Shown here in pieces: positions 1 to 13,379 of a stretch of 64,000 nt of DNA. Where the stretch lies: NCBI RefSeq assembly GCF_018350175.1, contig NC_058368.1:209624001-209688000 (forward strand), in the 5' to 3' direction. This DNA is from Felis catus. Lineage: Eukaryota. A program made the translations under genes and the position numbers. Below the pieces are notes generated by a model, which saw only the letters and a list, made by a program, of their open reading frames with translations, was not told where the DNA came from and searched no databases. Within the stretch, counting starts at the first letter, position 1, and each line of letters opens with the position of its first letter.

Positions 1-557
1 ATAAAGCATTAGTAACCAAAATCTATAAAGAACTTACCAAACTCAACACCCAAAAAACAAATAATCCAGTGAAGAAATGGGCAAAAGACATGAATAGACA
101 CATTTCTTAAGAAGATATCAGATGGCTAATAGACATATGAAAAAATGCTCAATATCACTCATCATCAGGGAAAGACAAATCAAAAAACCACAATGAGACA
201 CCACTTCATACTTGTCAGAATGGCTAAAATTAACAACTCAGGCAACAAAGATGTTGGCAAGGACGCAGGGAAGGAGGATCTCTTTTGCACTGCTGGTGAG
301 AATGCAAACTGGAGCAGCCACTCTGGAAAACAGTATGGAGGGTTCTCAAAAAGTTAAAAATAGAACTATCCTACAACCCAGCAACTGCACTGCTAGGTAT
401 TTATCCAAGAGATACAGGTGTGCTGTTTTGAAGAGGGCACATGCACCCCAATGTTTACAGCAGCACTATCGACAATAGCCAAAGTATGGAAAGAGCCCAA
501 ATGTCCATCAACAGATGAATGGATAAGGAAGAGGTGGTATGCACGCACACACGCGCG

Positions 558-614
<57 letters not shown>

Positions 615-1030
615 GAGTATTACTTGGCAACCAAAAAGAATAAAATCTTGCCATTTGCCACAACGTGGATGGAACTAGAGGGTGTTATGCTAAGTGAAAT
701 TAGAGAAAGACAAATATTATAGGACTTCATTCATGTGGAATTTAAGATACAAAACATAAACATAAGGGAAGGTAAGCAAAAACAATATAAAAACAGGGAG
801 AGGGTCAAAACATAAGAGACTCTTAAACATAGAGAACAAACTGAGGGTTGCTGGAGGGATTGTGGGTGGGGGGATAGGCTAAATGGGCAAGGAGCATTAA
901 GGAAGACACTTGTTGGGATGAGCACTGGGTGTTATACATAGGGAATAAATCACTGGAATCTACTCTTGAAATCATTTTGCACAATATGCTAACTTGGATG
1001 TTAATTAAAAAATAAAATAAATAAAAATAA
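1..1030 (+). mobile_element. LINE-1 3' end (carnivore/feline L1): disrupted ORF2 C-terminus, 3'UTR and A-rich tail
   Basis: Frameshifted ORF2 motifs (TTMRHHFILVRMAKI, CTPMFTAALSTIAKVWKEPKCPSTDEWI, ILPFATTWMELEGVMLSEI), G-rich 3'UTR, tail at ~1006-1030. Confidence 0.92.
541..611 (+). repeat. (CA)n microsatellite with CG interruptions, inside the L1
   Basis: Direct reading. Confidence 0.95.
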
Positions 1031-2044
1031 ATTCAGTATCAGCACTTCATCCAATCTCTGAAGCCTAGTCAAGACACTTCCCTCTGCCTTACCCCACATC
1101 ACACAAGACACCAAAAAGACCTACCAGTTTAATATGTATTTTTAAAACCATTTTCGTTCTTACTATACTGCCTTTGCTCTAGTATTTTAGGTTATGTTTC
1201 CTAGACTCTTACAATAGCTTACGTGGATCCCACCTTCCAGTCTTACAATCTTTAGATGTAGCTTTCTCATTGTACCAGACTAATATATTCAAAACACAAA
1301 TTTAATCAAATAGCTCACTCTTAAAATGCTTCAATGGTTCCTCTTCAAGAATAGAATGAAGTTCAAACTCAGCATAGCCTACAAGGCTTTACAAAACTGA
1401 TTGGCTATCTACATCTCCACTACTTCTTGACTTGCTCTTGATGCTTTTTTTCAGTTATACTATTTTTCCTAACTTTAATCACTGGATATCATTTTTATAA
1501 TTTTTGCCAATTTCCCTCTGGGGCAAAAGATATTTCATGGGGGTAGAAGAACAATGACATTTAAAGTTCATTACTTCTTCCTATGTAAATTTCACAACAA
1601 ATAGTTTGAACAGGAAATATTTGCTTAGCCCCTATGCTAGGGGCACGGTATTCTATGAAGTACTATGAGAGATACAAAAACATTTAGACATGTACCCTGC
1701 TCTAGGAAATTTCCAGTGAATGTAATTTTTAAGGTACATATATAATTACAGGTAAGTAGAAAAGCACAAGGGTCATAACAAGATCCAAAGAAGTTCAGAC
1801 AAAGGAGAAATTATTTTTGAGTACAAAAGGTTGGAAAGAAATCAGGGAAGATTTCCTAGAGGAGGTGGCAGCTAGTGCCTTGAAGAATGTGAAAGGTTTG
1901 GGTATGAGTGTGAGGGAAATAATCATAGTTACTGCCAACTCACTTTCTGCAAGGCAACTATTCTAAATTTGTTCTGCCCCCACACACATTAGGAATATGA
2001 CACTTTCCTTTAGTAATAATGGCTCATTAAAAATGATTCTTCAG

Positions 2045-2283
2045 GGGGCGCCTGGGTGGCGCAGTCGGTTAAGCGTCCGACTTCAGCCAGGTCACGATCT
2101 CGCGGTCCGTGAGTTCGAGCCCCGCGTCAGGCTCTGGGCTGATGGCTCGGAGCCTGGAGCCTGTTTCCGATTCTGTGTCTCCCTCTCTCTCTGCCCCTCC
2201 CCTGTTCATGCTCTGTCTCTCTCTGTCCCAAAAATAAATAAACGTTGAAAACAAAATTAAAAAAAAAAAAAAGAAAAAGAAAA

Positions 2284-2338
<55 letters not shown>

Positions 2339-2344
2339 AAAAAA
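2045..2344 (+). mobile_element. Young feline Can-SINE (SINEC_Fc-like) with (TAAA)n tail
   Basis: GGGGCGCCTGGGTGGCGCAGTCGGTTAAGCG head, B box GTTCGAGCC, CT-rich linker, CpGs intact, TSD AAAAATGATTCTTCAG (2029-2044 and 2345-2360). Confidence 0.95.
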
Positions 2345-2360
2345 AAAAATGATTCTTCAG

Positions 2361-2456
2361 GGCACCTGGCTAGCTCAGTCTGTACAGCATGTGACTCTTG
2401 ATCTCAGAGCTGTCAACTCAAGCCCCACATTGGGTGTAACTTAAAAACTGAAATCT
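2361..2456 (+). mobile_element. Older short Can-SINE
   Basis: GGCACCTGGCTAGCTCAGT...GTGACTCTTGATCTC...AGCCCCACATTGGGTGTA. Confidence 0.8.
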
Positions 2457-2692
2457 GGGGCGCCTGGGTGGCTCAGTCTGTTAAGCGGCCGACTTCAGCT
2501 CAGGTCATGATCTTGCGGTCCATGAGGGCTGTGAGTTCTAGCCCCGCGTCGGGCTCTGTGCTGACAGCTCAGAGCCTGGAGCCTGTTTCAGATTCTGTGT
2601 CTCCCTCTCTCTGACCCTCCTCTGTTCATGCTCTGTCTCTCTCTGTCTCAAAAATAAATAAATGTTAAAAAAATAAAAAATAAAAAAAAAAA
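2457..2692 (+). mobile_element. Feline Can-SINE inserted into the tail of the preceding SINE
   Basis: Full head, linker and tail; CTGAAATCT duplicated on both sides. Confidence 0.9.
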
Positions 2693-3928
2693 ACCTGAAA
2701 TCTAAAAAAAACAAAAACAAAAAACCAACCTGATTCTCAAAGGGAGAATAGTAATAAGTGGATGCCCTCTCAGAATCTCATGAGTATCCTTCGGGAAAAA
2801 ACTCTCAAGGTGTCTTGCCTCTGGTGCTACTTCTTATAAATGGGAACCTCTGCTCTTAAGAGGACACCTGACCAAATTCTAGCAAGTTTCTCCAGATTTC
2901 TACAGTCTCAATACAATGGTAGTCTAGACATACATCAAAATAACAAAATCTTTTTCATCTTAGTTCAGCTAAGAATTTCTCAAAGGGAAGATGAGTGACA
3001 AAAAAAGAATAAAACAAACCAAGAACTTGCAGATATTAAAAGAGCAGACATGCTTATTCATTATAGAATTCCTATACGAGAAAACAACTCACCACACAAG
3101 CTCTTCCCATAAATCCATTTTAAATCTTCGCTATAATAAAATCCTCCCTCCTGGAAGAGTTGAATCAGTGTACAGCTTATATGATAATTTTTTAGGGCTA
3201 GCCCACAGTACTGAAACGCAGTAGTAATAGCTCCTGTATCTCCCTTTTCTTTTAACCTTCTCTACCTACTAAAAAAAAAAAGTTAGGATGAAAGTTTCTT
3301 TCGTTACAGAGTGAAGAGACACAAAGTGCAAATTATTGGGGTATACGGTCTACAAATGGAAATATATAAACACAAAACTGCTTCTGCCAGCACATTTAAG
3401 ATAATAGCTACTAATCCTGACTATCATATGCTCAAAAGACACTGCTTAGCATTGAAGTGGAACAGGCTAAAGCTGACAAAAGGAGACCAGTTTCATAGGC
3501 TACTATAATAATCTGAGGATGAAGTAATGAGGATATGAACTAGGGTAAAAGCAGAAAGAACAACAAAGTTATATACAGGAAAGAAGTTTTGCAGGTTGGG
3601 TCCTACCACTAAAGTGAAAACATGGGAGAAAAGAGAAACAGTCAAAACGTGACAAATTTTGAGACTAGGGTACCTGTGAAGATAGTATGGCTTATTGTGT
3701 CATTAATTACTAGGTTTTTTTCAAAGTCTTTCTGGGGACAGATTCAAGAGGTAGGCTTTTTTTTTTTTTTTTTTTAAGTGCAACTGGGTTGTCTAAAGGA
3801 AGAAATAAAGGTAAATGATGGAGAAACTAACTGTGCTAGAAGAACAAAGTATTATTGTTTATTTTGCAACCTTTGAAAGTCTTGGTTCTACTTTTTAATA
3901 TTTTCATTAAAAATATTTATTCTTAAAA

Positions 3929-4128
3929 TTTTTTAATGTTTTTATTCATTTTTGACAGACAGAGCACTAGCAGAGAAGGGGCAGAGAGGGAGGGAGACAC
4001 AGAATCTGAAGCAGGCTCCAAGCTGAGCTGTCAGCACAGAGCCTGACGCAGGGCTCAAACCCATGAACTGTGAGATCATGACCTAAGCCAAGGACAAAGG
4101 CTCAAAAGACTGAGCCACCCAGGAACCA
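3929..4128 (-). mobile_element. Can-SINE
   Basis: Reverse-strand head (GACTGAGCCACCCAGG), GA-rich linker, T-rich tail. Confidence 0.88.
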
Positions 4129-4199
4129 CTAAAAATTTTTTAAAAATCACCTTCTAGGCCTCACTTACCCATACACACATGCATGTACACACTTAAATC

Positions 4200-4487
4200 A
4201 TTTTAAATGTTTATTTATTTACTTTTAGAGAGAGAGCGCAAGAGTACATGAGGGCAGGGGAGGGGCAGAGAGAGAGGGAGAGAGAGAATCCTAAGCAGGC
4301 TGTGCTGTCAGAACAAAGCCTCAGGCCTGGCTGGAAGAGAGAGAGGGAGAGAGAGAATCCTAAGCAGGCTGTGTGCTGTCAGAACAAAGCCTCAGGCCTG
4401 GCTGGAACTTATGAACCGCAAGATCACGACCTTCGCCAAAATCCGGAGTCAGCCACTTAACCAACTGAGCCGCAGAGGTGTTCCCCC
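4200..4487 (-). mobile_element. Can-SINE with an internal ~70 bp tandem duplication
   Basis: SINE motifs; block 4267-4336 is repeated at ~4336-4407. Confidence 0.85.
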
Positions 4488-5067
4488 ACATATTTTTATT
4501 CCAAACCTGGGATCATACTAATAACCATACTATTCTAACTTGCACTTTTTCTTTAATAATATATTATTTGTTAACAATTTATCCAGTAAATGTAGTCCTA
4601 CTGCCTTAAAAAAAAAAGAGATGTATGTTATGCAGCACAAAGTATTTAATCACTATTTATAACCAGTTGGGTGGGGTTTTACTCTTGATTGTTTTTGTTT
4701 GTTTGACTTCTATTTATTTACATTGGGCTACTACCAATAATATTGCAAATGCACATCCTAAAACATGAATTTGTATGCCCTCCAAGATTTCTATTGGCTA
4801 CATTCCTTAAAGTGGGGTTAATGAGAAATAGACATGAGCATTTTAAATTTTGATTGAAACAATACTGCAAAAACACCCTTCAAAAAGACTGCAGCAAGTC
4901 CTCTCCTGCACTTATAAGCCATTAATTGTTGGAATGAAAAGGACCCATATCCCTCCCATTTGTTTCCCTAATAACACTGAACCCTAATCCTCTTCACTCA
5001 TGTCCACTGTGAAGTTTCAATCTAAACACTACAAAATGAAATTAACCTATTTTTAAAAGAGCTAACT

Positions 5068-5299
5068 GGGGGCGCCTGGGTGGCTCAGTCGGTTAAGCGT
5101 CCAGCTTCGGCTCAGGTCATGATCTCGCAGTCTGTGGGTTCGAGCCCCGCATCCGGCTCTGTGCTGACAGCTCAGAGCCTGGAGCCTGTTTCAGATTCTA
5201 TGTCTCCCTCTTCCTCTGACCCTCCCCTGTTCATGCTCTCTCTCTCTCTCTCTGTCTCAAAAATAAATAAATGTTAAAAAAAAATTTTTTTTTTTTAAA
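5068..5299 (+). mobile_element. Feline Can-SINE
   Basis: Full structure; TSD TAAAAGAGCTAACTGG (5054-5069 and 5300-5315). Confidence 0.93.
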
Positions 5300-5979
5300 T
5301 AAAAGAGCTAACTGGCATTTTTCCATAGTATACCACTGAATTCTCAATGGAAGGTGGTACTCACTCATCAACCGCAGAAAACTGTGAGAGCATTTTTGGT
5401 ATTCATAATACCTGAGAGTTGTAACTGGCAGTAGTGAGTGGAACACTAAACCACAGAGTAGTCCAGCGCAATGAATGTTTGCCCCAAAATGCCAACAGCA
5501 CTCACCCACCTTTGGTTGGGAAATACAGAACTAGACAATTAGGGTACGCTGCTCAGTTGCAAGTGTAAAAAGTCTGGAAAGACAGTCAACAGGCTGACGT
5601 GGGGATATGGTATCAATTTTCAGGATGAGATACACATAAAGTAATAGTTCCGTGAAGTATTTACAATATTAGAAATTTCCTTTCCTTTATCTCATTTCTT
5701 AGGTAAAGCTTCTAGTTACTAAAGCGCTCACATCTGACTATTTCTGAAATTCTCTGCTTAAACTGTGTAATATTGTGGCTTACTGATATACATTGGGTTT
5801 GTTTTTTGTTTTGTTTGTTTTTTTGGGTTTTTTTTGCTCTCCAAGATTTAATACACAGGTTTGGCAATGGCTCCTACTATATTCAGGATGCAATTTTGGA
5901 CACTGAAAAAAGGAAACTGAAAACAGAATTCACAGGTAATTTTTAAAAAGATGACTGAAGTTCTTCAGTTATTTCTTCT

Positions 5980-6217
5980 TTTTTTATTTTATTTATTTTT
6001 TAATTTTTTTAAATGTTTTTATTTGTTTTTGAAGGAGAGAGAGTGACAGAGCACGAGCAGGGGAGGAACAGAGAGAGAGGGAGACACAGAATTCGAAGCA
6101 GGCTCCAGGCTCTAAGCTGTCAGCACAGAGCCCAATGAGGGGCTCAAACTCAGGAACTGTGAGATCATGACCCCAGCTGAAGTCGGACGCTTCATCAACT
6201 GAGCCACTCAGGCGCCC
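5980..6217 (-). mobile_element. Feline Can-SINE
   Basis: Full structure flanked by CAGTTATTTCTTCT. Confidence 0.92.
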
Positions 6218-6231
6218 CAGTTATTTCTTCT

Positions 6232-6440
6232 TTTTAACGTTTGTTTATTTTTAAGAGACAGAGTGAGACAGAGTATGAGCAGGGGAGGGGTACAGAGAGA
6301 TGGAGACCCAGAATCTGAAGCAGGATCCAAGCTATGAACTGTCAGCACAGAGCCCAACACGGGGCTCAAACCCACAAACTGTGAGATCATGACCTGAGCT
6401 GAAGTTGGACGCTTAACTGACTGAGCCACTCAGGCACCCC
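6232..6440 (-). mobile_element. Feline Can-SINE, tandem with the previous one
   Basis: Full structure flanked by CAGTTATTTCTTCT. Confidence 0.92.
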
Positions 6441-7869
6441 TTCAGTTATTTCTTCTAAAGTGGTATCTTTAATGCCTTTTTATTTCTTAAAATCATAATT
6501 TCCTTGTGGTCCTAATTCTATGTTCCCTATAGTACCTGGACAGTAACCAACTACACAATATACAAGGACAGCTCAGTAAGTTTTGAATACAAGTTTGGCT
6601 TTAATACTAGGAAATTTTAAAAACAAATCTCAATGAAGACTGGTTTCTGATTTAGGAATCTTCTATAGGACATAATCTGAAGAGGGCCAAAAACATAAAA
6701 GCAAATAAAACCTAAACACCTATAATATATAAAAATGTGGTTTGTTCTCCCCATAGTCAAAGGGCTACCATATGTAAAGTTAACTGAGATATACTTGATT
6801 TGTTTTAGTTGCAGACAGTGAGATTAAAGAATTTTTAAGCAAATACTATAACATCCTGTGATCTCATCTCTTTACACTCAAATAAGGACTTTTATTTTAA
6901 AAAATTGTCTTTCAGCATGTAAACATTTTACATAGTGGCAGTTGAAGGGTATATAATATTTTTGTATTATATACATATTATATATATTACGTACATTATA
7001 TTAAATGTAATCTTTCTTTGTGTTAACTATATTGCCTTTCAAAAGGTTGCCTAATGCCACCCGAAATAAATATATTGGTTTTGCTGCGCCTTGTCAACAT
7101 TGGGTATTAGCTGTAAAGCACGTCTTTCTTGCAGAAGGTAGGTCCCCGTTTGGCTACGGGTAAAATCTTATCAAAATTGTTTTAGATTTTAAAAACTAGT
7201 TTTCAACTGTTCATTTATAATCTGTACTTTTATTTGTGTTCATTGTTCTTTGCTCATCTTTCTATTGAAATCTTGATGATTTTCATCTGAATTATCAAGT
7301 ATTTATTTTAGTTATTACCTTTCAGGCCTGTTCTTCAGAGGCATCTTTGAGAACTAATGCTTTTTCCTTTTTATTCTAAAGGTAATATATGCACATTATA
7401 AATATGTTTAGGATACAGATAAAAGCAGAAAATGCCTATAATCCTGTCACTCTAATGTAACTACAGTATGTTTTGGCATATCTTCTTCTGGCCTTTTCTG
7501 AGCAAATGCATTTCTGTTTTAATCATATTGCTCCCACAATATTTTGTTTTCTAAGTAAGGTGGGATAATGCATATGATAATACGCTTCTTAAAGCTTTAA
7601 CCTTCACTTGGAATCTTAGATAAAACTATAAATAAATATTTTAATTTCTGATAGCTACATAATCCTATTTTTCTTATCACTTAACTGAATCTTCCATAAA
7701 GAACACATATTACATACACTCTTGCAGACGTGTTGGGAGGGTTAAAAGAAGTACATGAAATTCACCCAACAAAACATTCCGCAATTATGAGACCAAGAAC
7801 AGAATAAAGTTCTTTTTTAATAAAGACATCATGACAACTAATGTCTATCTAGGCAATTCACTACTCTAG

Positions 7870-8185
7870 AACCTTGCTACTCTAACTTGGAAAATGACCG
7901 GGAATACCATACCACCTGGGAGTTTGTTAGAAATTCAGACTTTCAGACCCTATTCTAGATCTAATGAAACACAATCTGCTTTTAAAATGATGTTCAGTGA
8001 ACTCACAGCAATGCTTCTTAAACTTGACTACATACTTGAATCACCTGGAAAACTCTACTTATGCCTTGGGTGCCATCCCTGGAAATACTGATTTCATTGT
8101 CAAAAAAGTAAGAGCTGGGAATCAAGATTTAAAAGTCACCCTCCAGATGACTTTAATATGCAACAAAGTTTGCAACCACTATTTT
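7870..8185. mobile_element. MER5-like hAT-Charlie MITE fragments (probably two)
   Basis: CACCTGGGAGTTTGTTAGAAATTCAGA and GAATCACCTGG...CCAGATGACTTTAATATGCA...AAGTTTG resemble MER5 consensus motifs. Confidence 0.65.
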
Positions 8186-10274
8186 AGAACACAGACACCT
8201 AAAGTGACACAATAAAATGAATAAAATCCACAGTTTACATCACCACCTGTGCAAACAAATATACCACAGCATTTTTAGCACTACTTTGAAACTTATTCAT
8301 ATTTCTTGTGGATCAATTTTCCTACACCAAGATCGTGCTTAAAAAGCTACCATTCCCTCAAAAGAACATAAAGGTTTAACTTCCAGAAAATATTCACAAT
8401 TTACAACTTTTGAATTTGGTGCCCTTTTCTCCAACAGTCAAATTTGGAAATCATTAAATATTAATTATACTTCCTACTGAAAGCTTAAGGAGAATGATAA
8501 CATTTTGACAAAACAAAAACTCAGGATGAAACCATCAATAAACTGTTTTATTTGACCAATGGAGGTAGTTCCTTTCAAGGAAAATTATTAGGTAGAGAGG
8601 AAAGTCCATACACCTGTAGTCAAATTTTCACCTCACTTTCTTCTGTAAACCAATTTTAGCTATCAACAAGCAAAACAATCTTTTTACGTATCAGAAATAG
8701 TTTTTTTAAGAAAGGTGAGGAGAAAACCTTGGGTCTGAGATTATATTAAAACAAAGATGAACTAGGAGGGCTACTGGCTTCAGCTTCTAAGATCATTTTG
8801 AGTCCACTGATGAAGCTATTATATCCTTGGAGTGTGAACGGGCATCCTTTTGTGCTGTGAGCCAGAGGTGAGACTTTAAAGACTGAAGCCCTGAATCACT
8901 TTACCAGTATAGAGAGATTTCCCACTGAAGTAAAACCTGGCGCAAAATGAAGGGAGCAGAATCAGGTAGAACCCTGGTTCCTTAATATCTAATTTTGCCA
9001 AAAAAATCATTTACTGGGTAACTTTTTAAGTTAGTTGGAGATAAAATCACAGTGAATAGCACACCAAAGACTTTAAAACCACCAAGGCTGACTATTTTCA
9101 TTGATTCACTCAAAGGACACAGACACAAATAATTTTTTAAAAGCCACTGCATTAGTTTGATAGGAAAAAAAAGTCATTCTTAGTCAAAAGACTAATAATA
9201 AAGGCAACACAATGATTTTAACAAGATGAAGAATTGTGTAAGCAGCTCCCAAGACTACTATACTTAATGTAAACCACATTCTTCTTTAATCTTATAACAA
9301 AGAGTCCCAAAATATCATATCATTATTCAAAAATTGTTTTGAGAGGTCTAAAAATGCACAATTTCTTTATATTTTTTATGTATTATTTGTCACTTATTAT
9401 ATATTACATATATTATGATACCGATTATATTTTTAATTTGCAGAAATAGGTTGAAAGCAGGATTTGTTTTGGGGCTGCTCTGTTTCACTGACTCATCTAT
9501 CACAATACATTGTAGCTACTGTAGCTTAATGACGTATTTTAACATATGGTAAGGCCTGTTTTTCCCACCCCATTAACTCAGTTTTCAGAAATTTATGTTT
9601 TTAGATAAATTACAGAAACATTATTTCAAGTTTCCCCATATCTCATTGAAATTTTGATTAAAATTATTAAAACTATTAAAAATTATTTTATTAATAATTT
9701 ATAATTTTATCATTACATTATTATATATCATATATAGTACATGTTATATTATATAAATATATATCACAATATATATCATATTATTATAAGTTGTATTGAT
9801 AATTATTATTTTAAAAATTAATAATTGTCTTATTAAACCAGTAATTGCTTCAAGAATAGACATCTTTAAAATATTTTCTCTATTTGCCTTTTAAAGTTCT
9901 GAAGTTTCCTTTATATGTCACATTCATTCATTAAGATTGAGTCAGGAAAGAGAAAAGCACAGGGAAACTGCCCTTTAAGAAGTGCTTCCATATTCAAGTC
10001 CAATCCTGGCCTATAAGCAAATTGCAGGCTTTCCTGCTTAATCACCCACCCACTATTAGGTCCTAAATTTTCAAATACTATCCTCCATTAGTGAATCTCC
10101 CTCAAATACAAAGATTTCCATATCAGAACCAACACAGAAGTGAGAAATGTGCTGCAAGAGTGAACTCATCCCATGAAGACACATTTTGTAGTCTCTTAAC
10201 ACTGTTCAAATTCACTCATTACCTTTTCCAACTAACTCCTGACAAACTGCATTATTTCTGTTCTTAACTAATAA

Positions 10275-10293
10275 TTTTTAATGTTTATTCATT

Positions 10294-10357
<64 letters not shown>

Positions 10358-10519
10358 AATGAGCAGGGGAGGGGCAGAGAGAGAGGGAGACACAGAATCC
10401 AAAGCAGGCTCCAGGCTCTGAGCTGTCGTCAGCCGAAATTGGGGCTCGAACTCACAAGCCGTGAGATCATGACCTGAGCCAAAGTTGGACACTTAACCAA
10501 CTAAACCACTCAGGCCCCC
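10275..10519 (-). mobile_element. Can-SINE with an expanded (GA)n linker
   Basis: SINE motifs, (GA)n at ~10297-10352, TSD ACTAATAATTTTTA. Confidence 0.9.
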
Positions 10520-10654
10520 TTTGACTAATAATTTTTATACAACTTCCACTTTAAGCATTAAAAGTATATTTAAAAAATCTCAACTTGAATCCTGCTCTTA
10601 TTTTTGTTGAATTTTTTTACTTTTGCCATACTCAAATCCTTATACCACTCCCCC

Positions 10655-10851
10655 AGTGTGTGATGACTGTGGCCCTCACTGATACCCTGACCACAGGAAG
10701 ACTACAGCCTTGAGAGACCACCTGAGTTTAGAGGGCACCCAGCTAAGCTGCACCCAGATTCCTGGCCCACAAGAATAGTGAGATAACGTTTACTGTTTAA
10801 AGCTGTTAAATCTTGGAGTAAGTTGTTATATAACAATAGATAACTAATACA
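10655..10851 (+). mobile_element. MaLR (MLT1-like) LTR, 3' fragment
   Basis: CCCAGCTAAGCTGCACCCAGATTCCTGGCCCAC...GTGAGATAA...TTGTTATATAACAATAGATAACTAATACA is a typical MLT1 end. Confidence 0.75.
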
Positions 10852-11057
10852 GTATTTGAAAAAATTCTTAAGAATCATTTAATTTACAGTATACCAATAG
10901 TTTAATAAAATTCCTTCTGCAGAAACAGCACTATCCTATTTATAAGCATTTCTATTCATATCACCTTTTCTGTTCCTCATAAACAATCCTATACAGTATG
11001 CGGTATATATAAGAGCACATACAATTGACCTATACTCTGTATTTAAGGATCCCAGAA

Positions 11058-11178
11058 TTTTTTTTGAAAATTTATTTATTTATTTTTTTAGTAATCTTTA
11101 CACTCAACGTGGGGCTCAAACTTATGGCCCTGAGGTCAAGAGTCACATGCTCTCCCGAATGAACCAGCCAGGTGCCCC
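11058..11178 (-). mobile_element. Short Can-SINE
   Basis: TCAAGAGTCACATGCTC...CCAGCCAGGTGCCCC; imperfect TSD AGGATCC. Confidence 0.8.
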
Positions 11179-12094
11179 AGGATCCTAAAATTTAATCTAA
11201 TATGCTCCTTTCAATATTCAAATACTTAAAGAATAGGTTCGTTCATTCTTAGACATTTGGCTTATCTATGATCACATTTTTATTAAGTTTTTTTCTTCCT
11301 TTCTTAAAAAATTTTCCCCCCAAAAGGATAAGAATATCAGAGAACTCTGTAGAAAACCCTAGTAGCAATCTTGAGATGCTATAGGATCCCCTCAATATTT
11401 CTGAAAGACAGCAGCCTAGAGGAATGATCTTTCATAATCTAAGGAATATACTAAAATCACAAAGCAATGACTAATTCAGAGAGGACACTGAAATAGTGTC
11501 TCAACGCTCACCTACAAGTCTATTTTTAGCTTGTTTGTATGAATTCATTCAGCCAAACATTTAGTGAGCACTTAACAGTGCCAAAAAATGTACTTAATGT
11601 TGAATTGGGGATGAATAAGATACAGTCCACCACTACCCCCTCTCCTGACCTATCAAGGATTCCCAGGCTAGGGGAAGAAGATAATTATGATATAATAGGT
11701 ATTATAATAAATTTTAAAGGAAAAAAGTGGGAGGACAGAAAAGAGAACAAATCCTTCCTAAAAGAGACAAGAAGTCATCACAGAAAAGATGGAATTATGT
11801 TGGAACTTGAAGAACGAATAGTAACTTGGCAGGTGTCCTGCCAGAGATCGTAAAAATGGTAGTCCAAGGAAGAGGAATAAGTCATGCAATGCAAATGAGA
11901 TTAGTATGGATTCCTCCAGAAGGTTCGTGGCTAAGGCTAATGAATCAGCCTCTCCAACCTCATTTATTCATAAAAAACAAAAACAAAAAAAACCCCCTAA
12001 GCATATATCTTATGCCTGACACTTCTGCAATACTCAGACCCTTTGTTAGGTAACAGAAATAAGGCAATAAACATTACATTAAATTCCTGACCTC

Positions 12095-12285
12095 GGGGGG
12101 CACCTGGGTGGCTCAGTCAGTTGAGCGCCCAACTTCGGCTCAGGTCATGATCTCACAGTTCGTGAGTTCGAGCCCCGCGTCGGGCAGCCTGGAGCCTGTT
12201 TCGGATTCTGCATCTCCCTCTCTCTCTGCCCCTTCCCCGTTCATGCTCTGTCTCTCTCTGTCTCAAAAATGAATAAACATTAAAA

Positions 12286-12325
<40 letters not shown>
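12095..12325 (+). mobile_element. Feline Can-SINE with a small internal deletion and (TAAA)n tail
   Basis: TSD TAAATTCCTGACCTC. Confidence 0.92.
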
Positions 12326-12328
<3 letters not shown>

Positions 12329-13338
12329 ATTCCTGACCTCAGGGAGCTTACGGTCTAATTGAACTTAGAGAAGTTCATTTTAATTGTGCCAACTCTGAAC
12401 TGCTTATGGGATTTCCCTCTATTATACCATGGGTGAGTCACATTCTTTGTAAGCATCAGTTTCATACTCTGTAGAGTGGGGATATTATTTATAAACCTCA
12501 ACAGATTGCAGTGAGGACTAAATAATGCAAGTAAAATATTCAAAACAGTGAGCCCAATAAATATGAGCCGTTATTGCTACTACTGTCATCATCATCATCA
12601 TCATCATTTGCTAAAAATAACACAATTAAAGGTTTTAGTGAAGAATTCTTTTGTTTTCTAAATCATAAAGGACTCCTTTCTTCTTTCTGCTTAGCTCCTT
12701 CCAGATTCTATAAACACATTATAAGTGATCAACTAAAGTATTAAGTACCCTAGTCTGTCATAATGCCTCCCCAAAGGGGGTACTGAAAACATGTGATCTA
12801 TCAGTAGACAGTCTCTAAATACAATCTACAGTTGATTTTGAGTACTAGCAGGATTTTAAACTCTGTTTATGTATACATCCAGGAACTCAGGCAGAAAGCC
12901 TTACTTCACTTTAGGCCTAAAATATAATAACAATGAAAAATAATAAGCTGATATACATGGAAAGGATGTTCTGAAAGGCATGAAGAAAGAGATCTGCAGT
13001 TAATGATGTAAAAAGAGGGAAAAAAAGGTGACCAGACATGAAGAAATAATCATAGAAAGGGTGGTTGAGGTTTAAAATTGAAAAAGTTCACAAAACTAGG
13101 AGCTAAACATGTCTCTGATCCAAGATTTTGGAAGAAATCCTTTGGAAATAGTCTGTAATTGGCTACTTTAAACCTATTTAAAAAAAAAATTTTTTTTAAA
13201 GGGCATAACACCATCCAAGGTTTTAGATGACTTTTTTAAAGTTAGATTTCTTTCTATAAAATCCTAGTTCAAACTGAACAAACCAAACTCAATACAAAGG
13301 TTTGCACTGTAGTTACATATATATATACACACATATAT

Positions 13339-13379
<41 letters not shown>

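Noticed and set aside
145..722. ORFs resembling a real protein
   Set aside because: Frameshifted L1 ORF2 C-terminal remnants interrupted by a (CA)n repeat; not an intact CDS.
2045..2125. tRNA-like A/B boxes (TGGCGCAGTCGG, GTTCGAGCC)
   Set aside because: tRNA-derived SINE heads followed by a CT linker and A tail; not tRNA genes.
11539..11853. 104 aa ORF
   Set aside because: Overlaps a degenerate L2-like fragment, is antisense to the intron, and has no recognisable motif.
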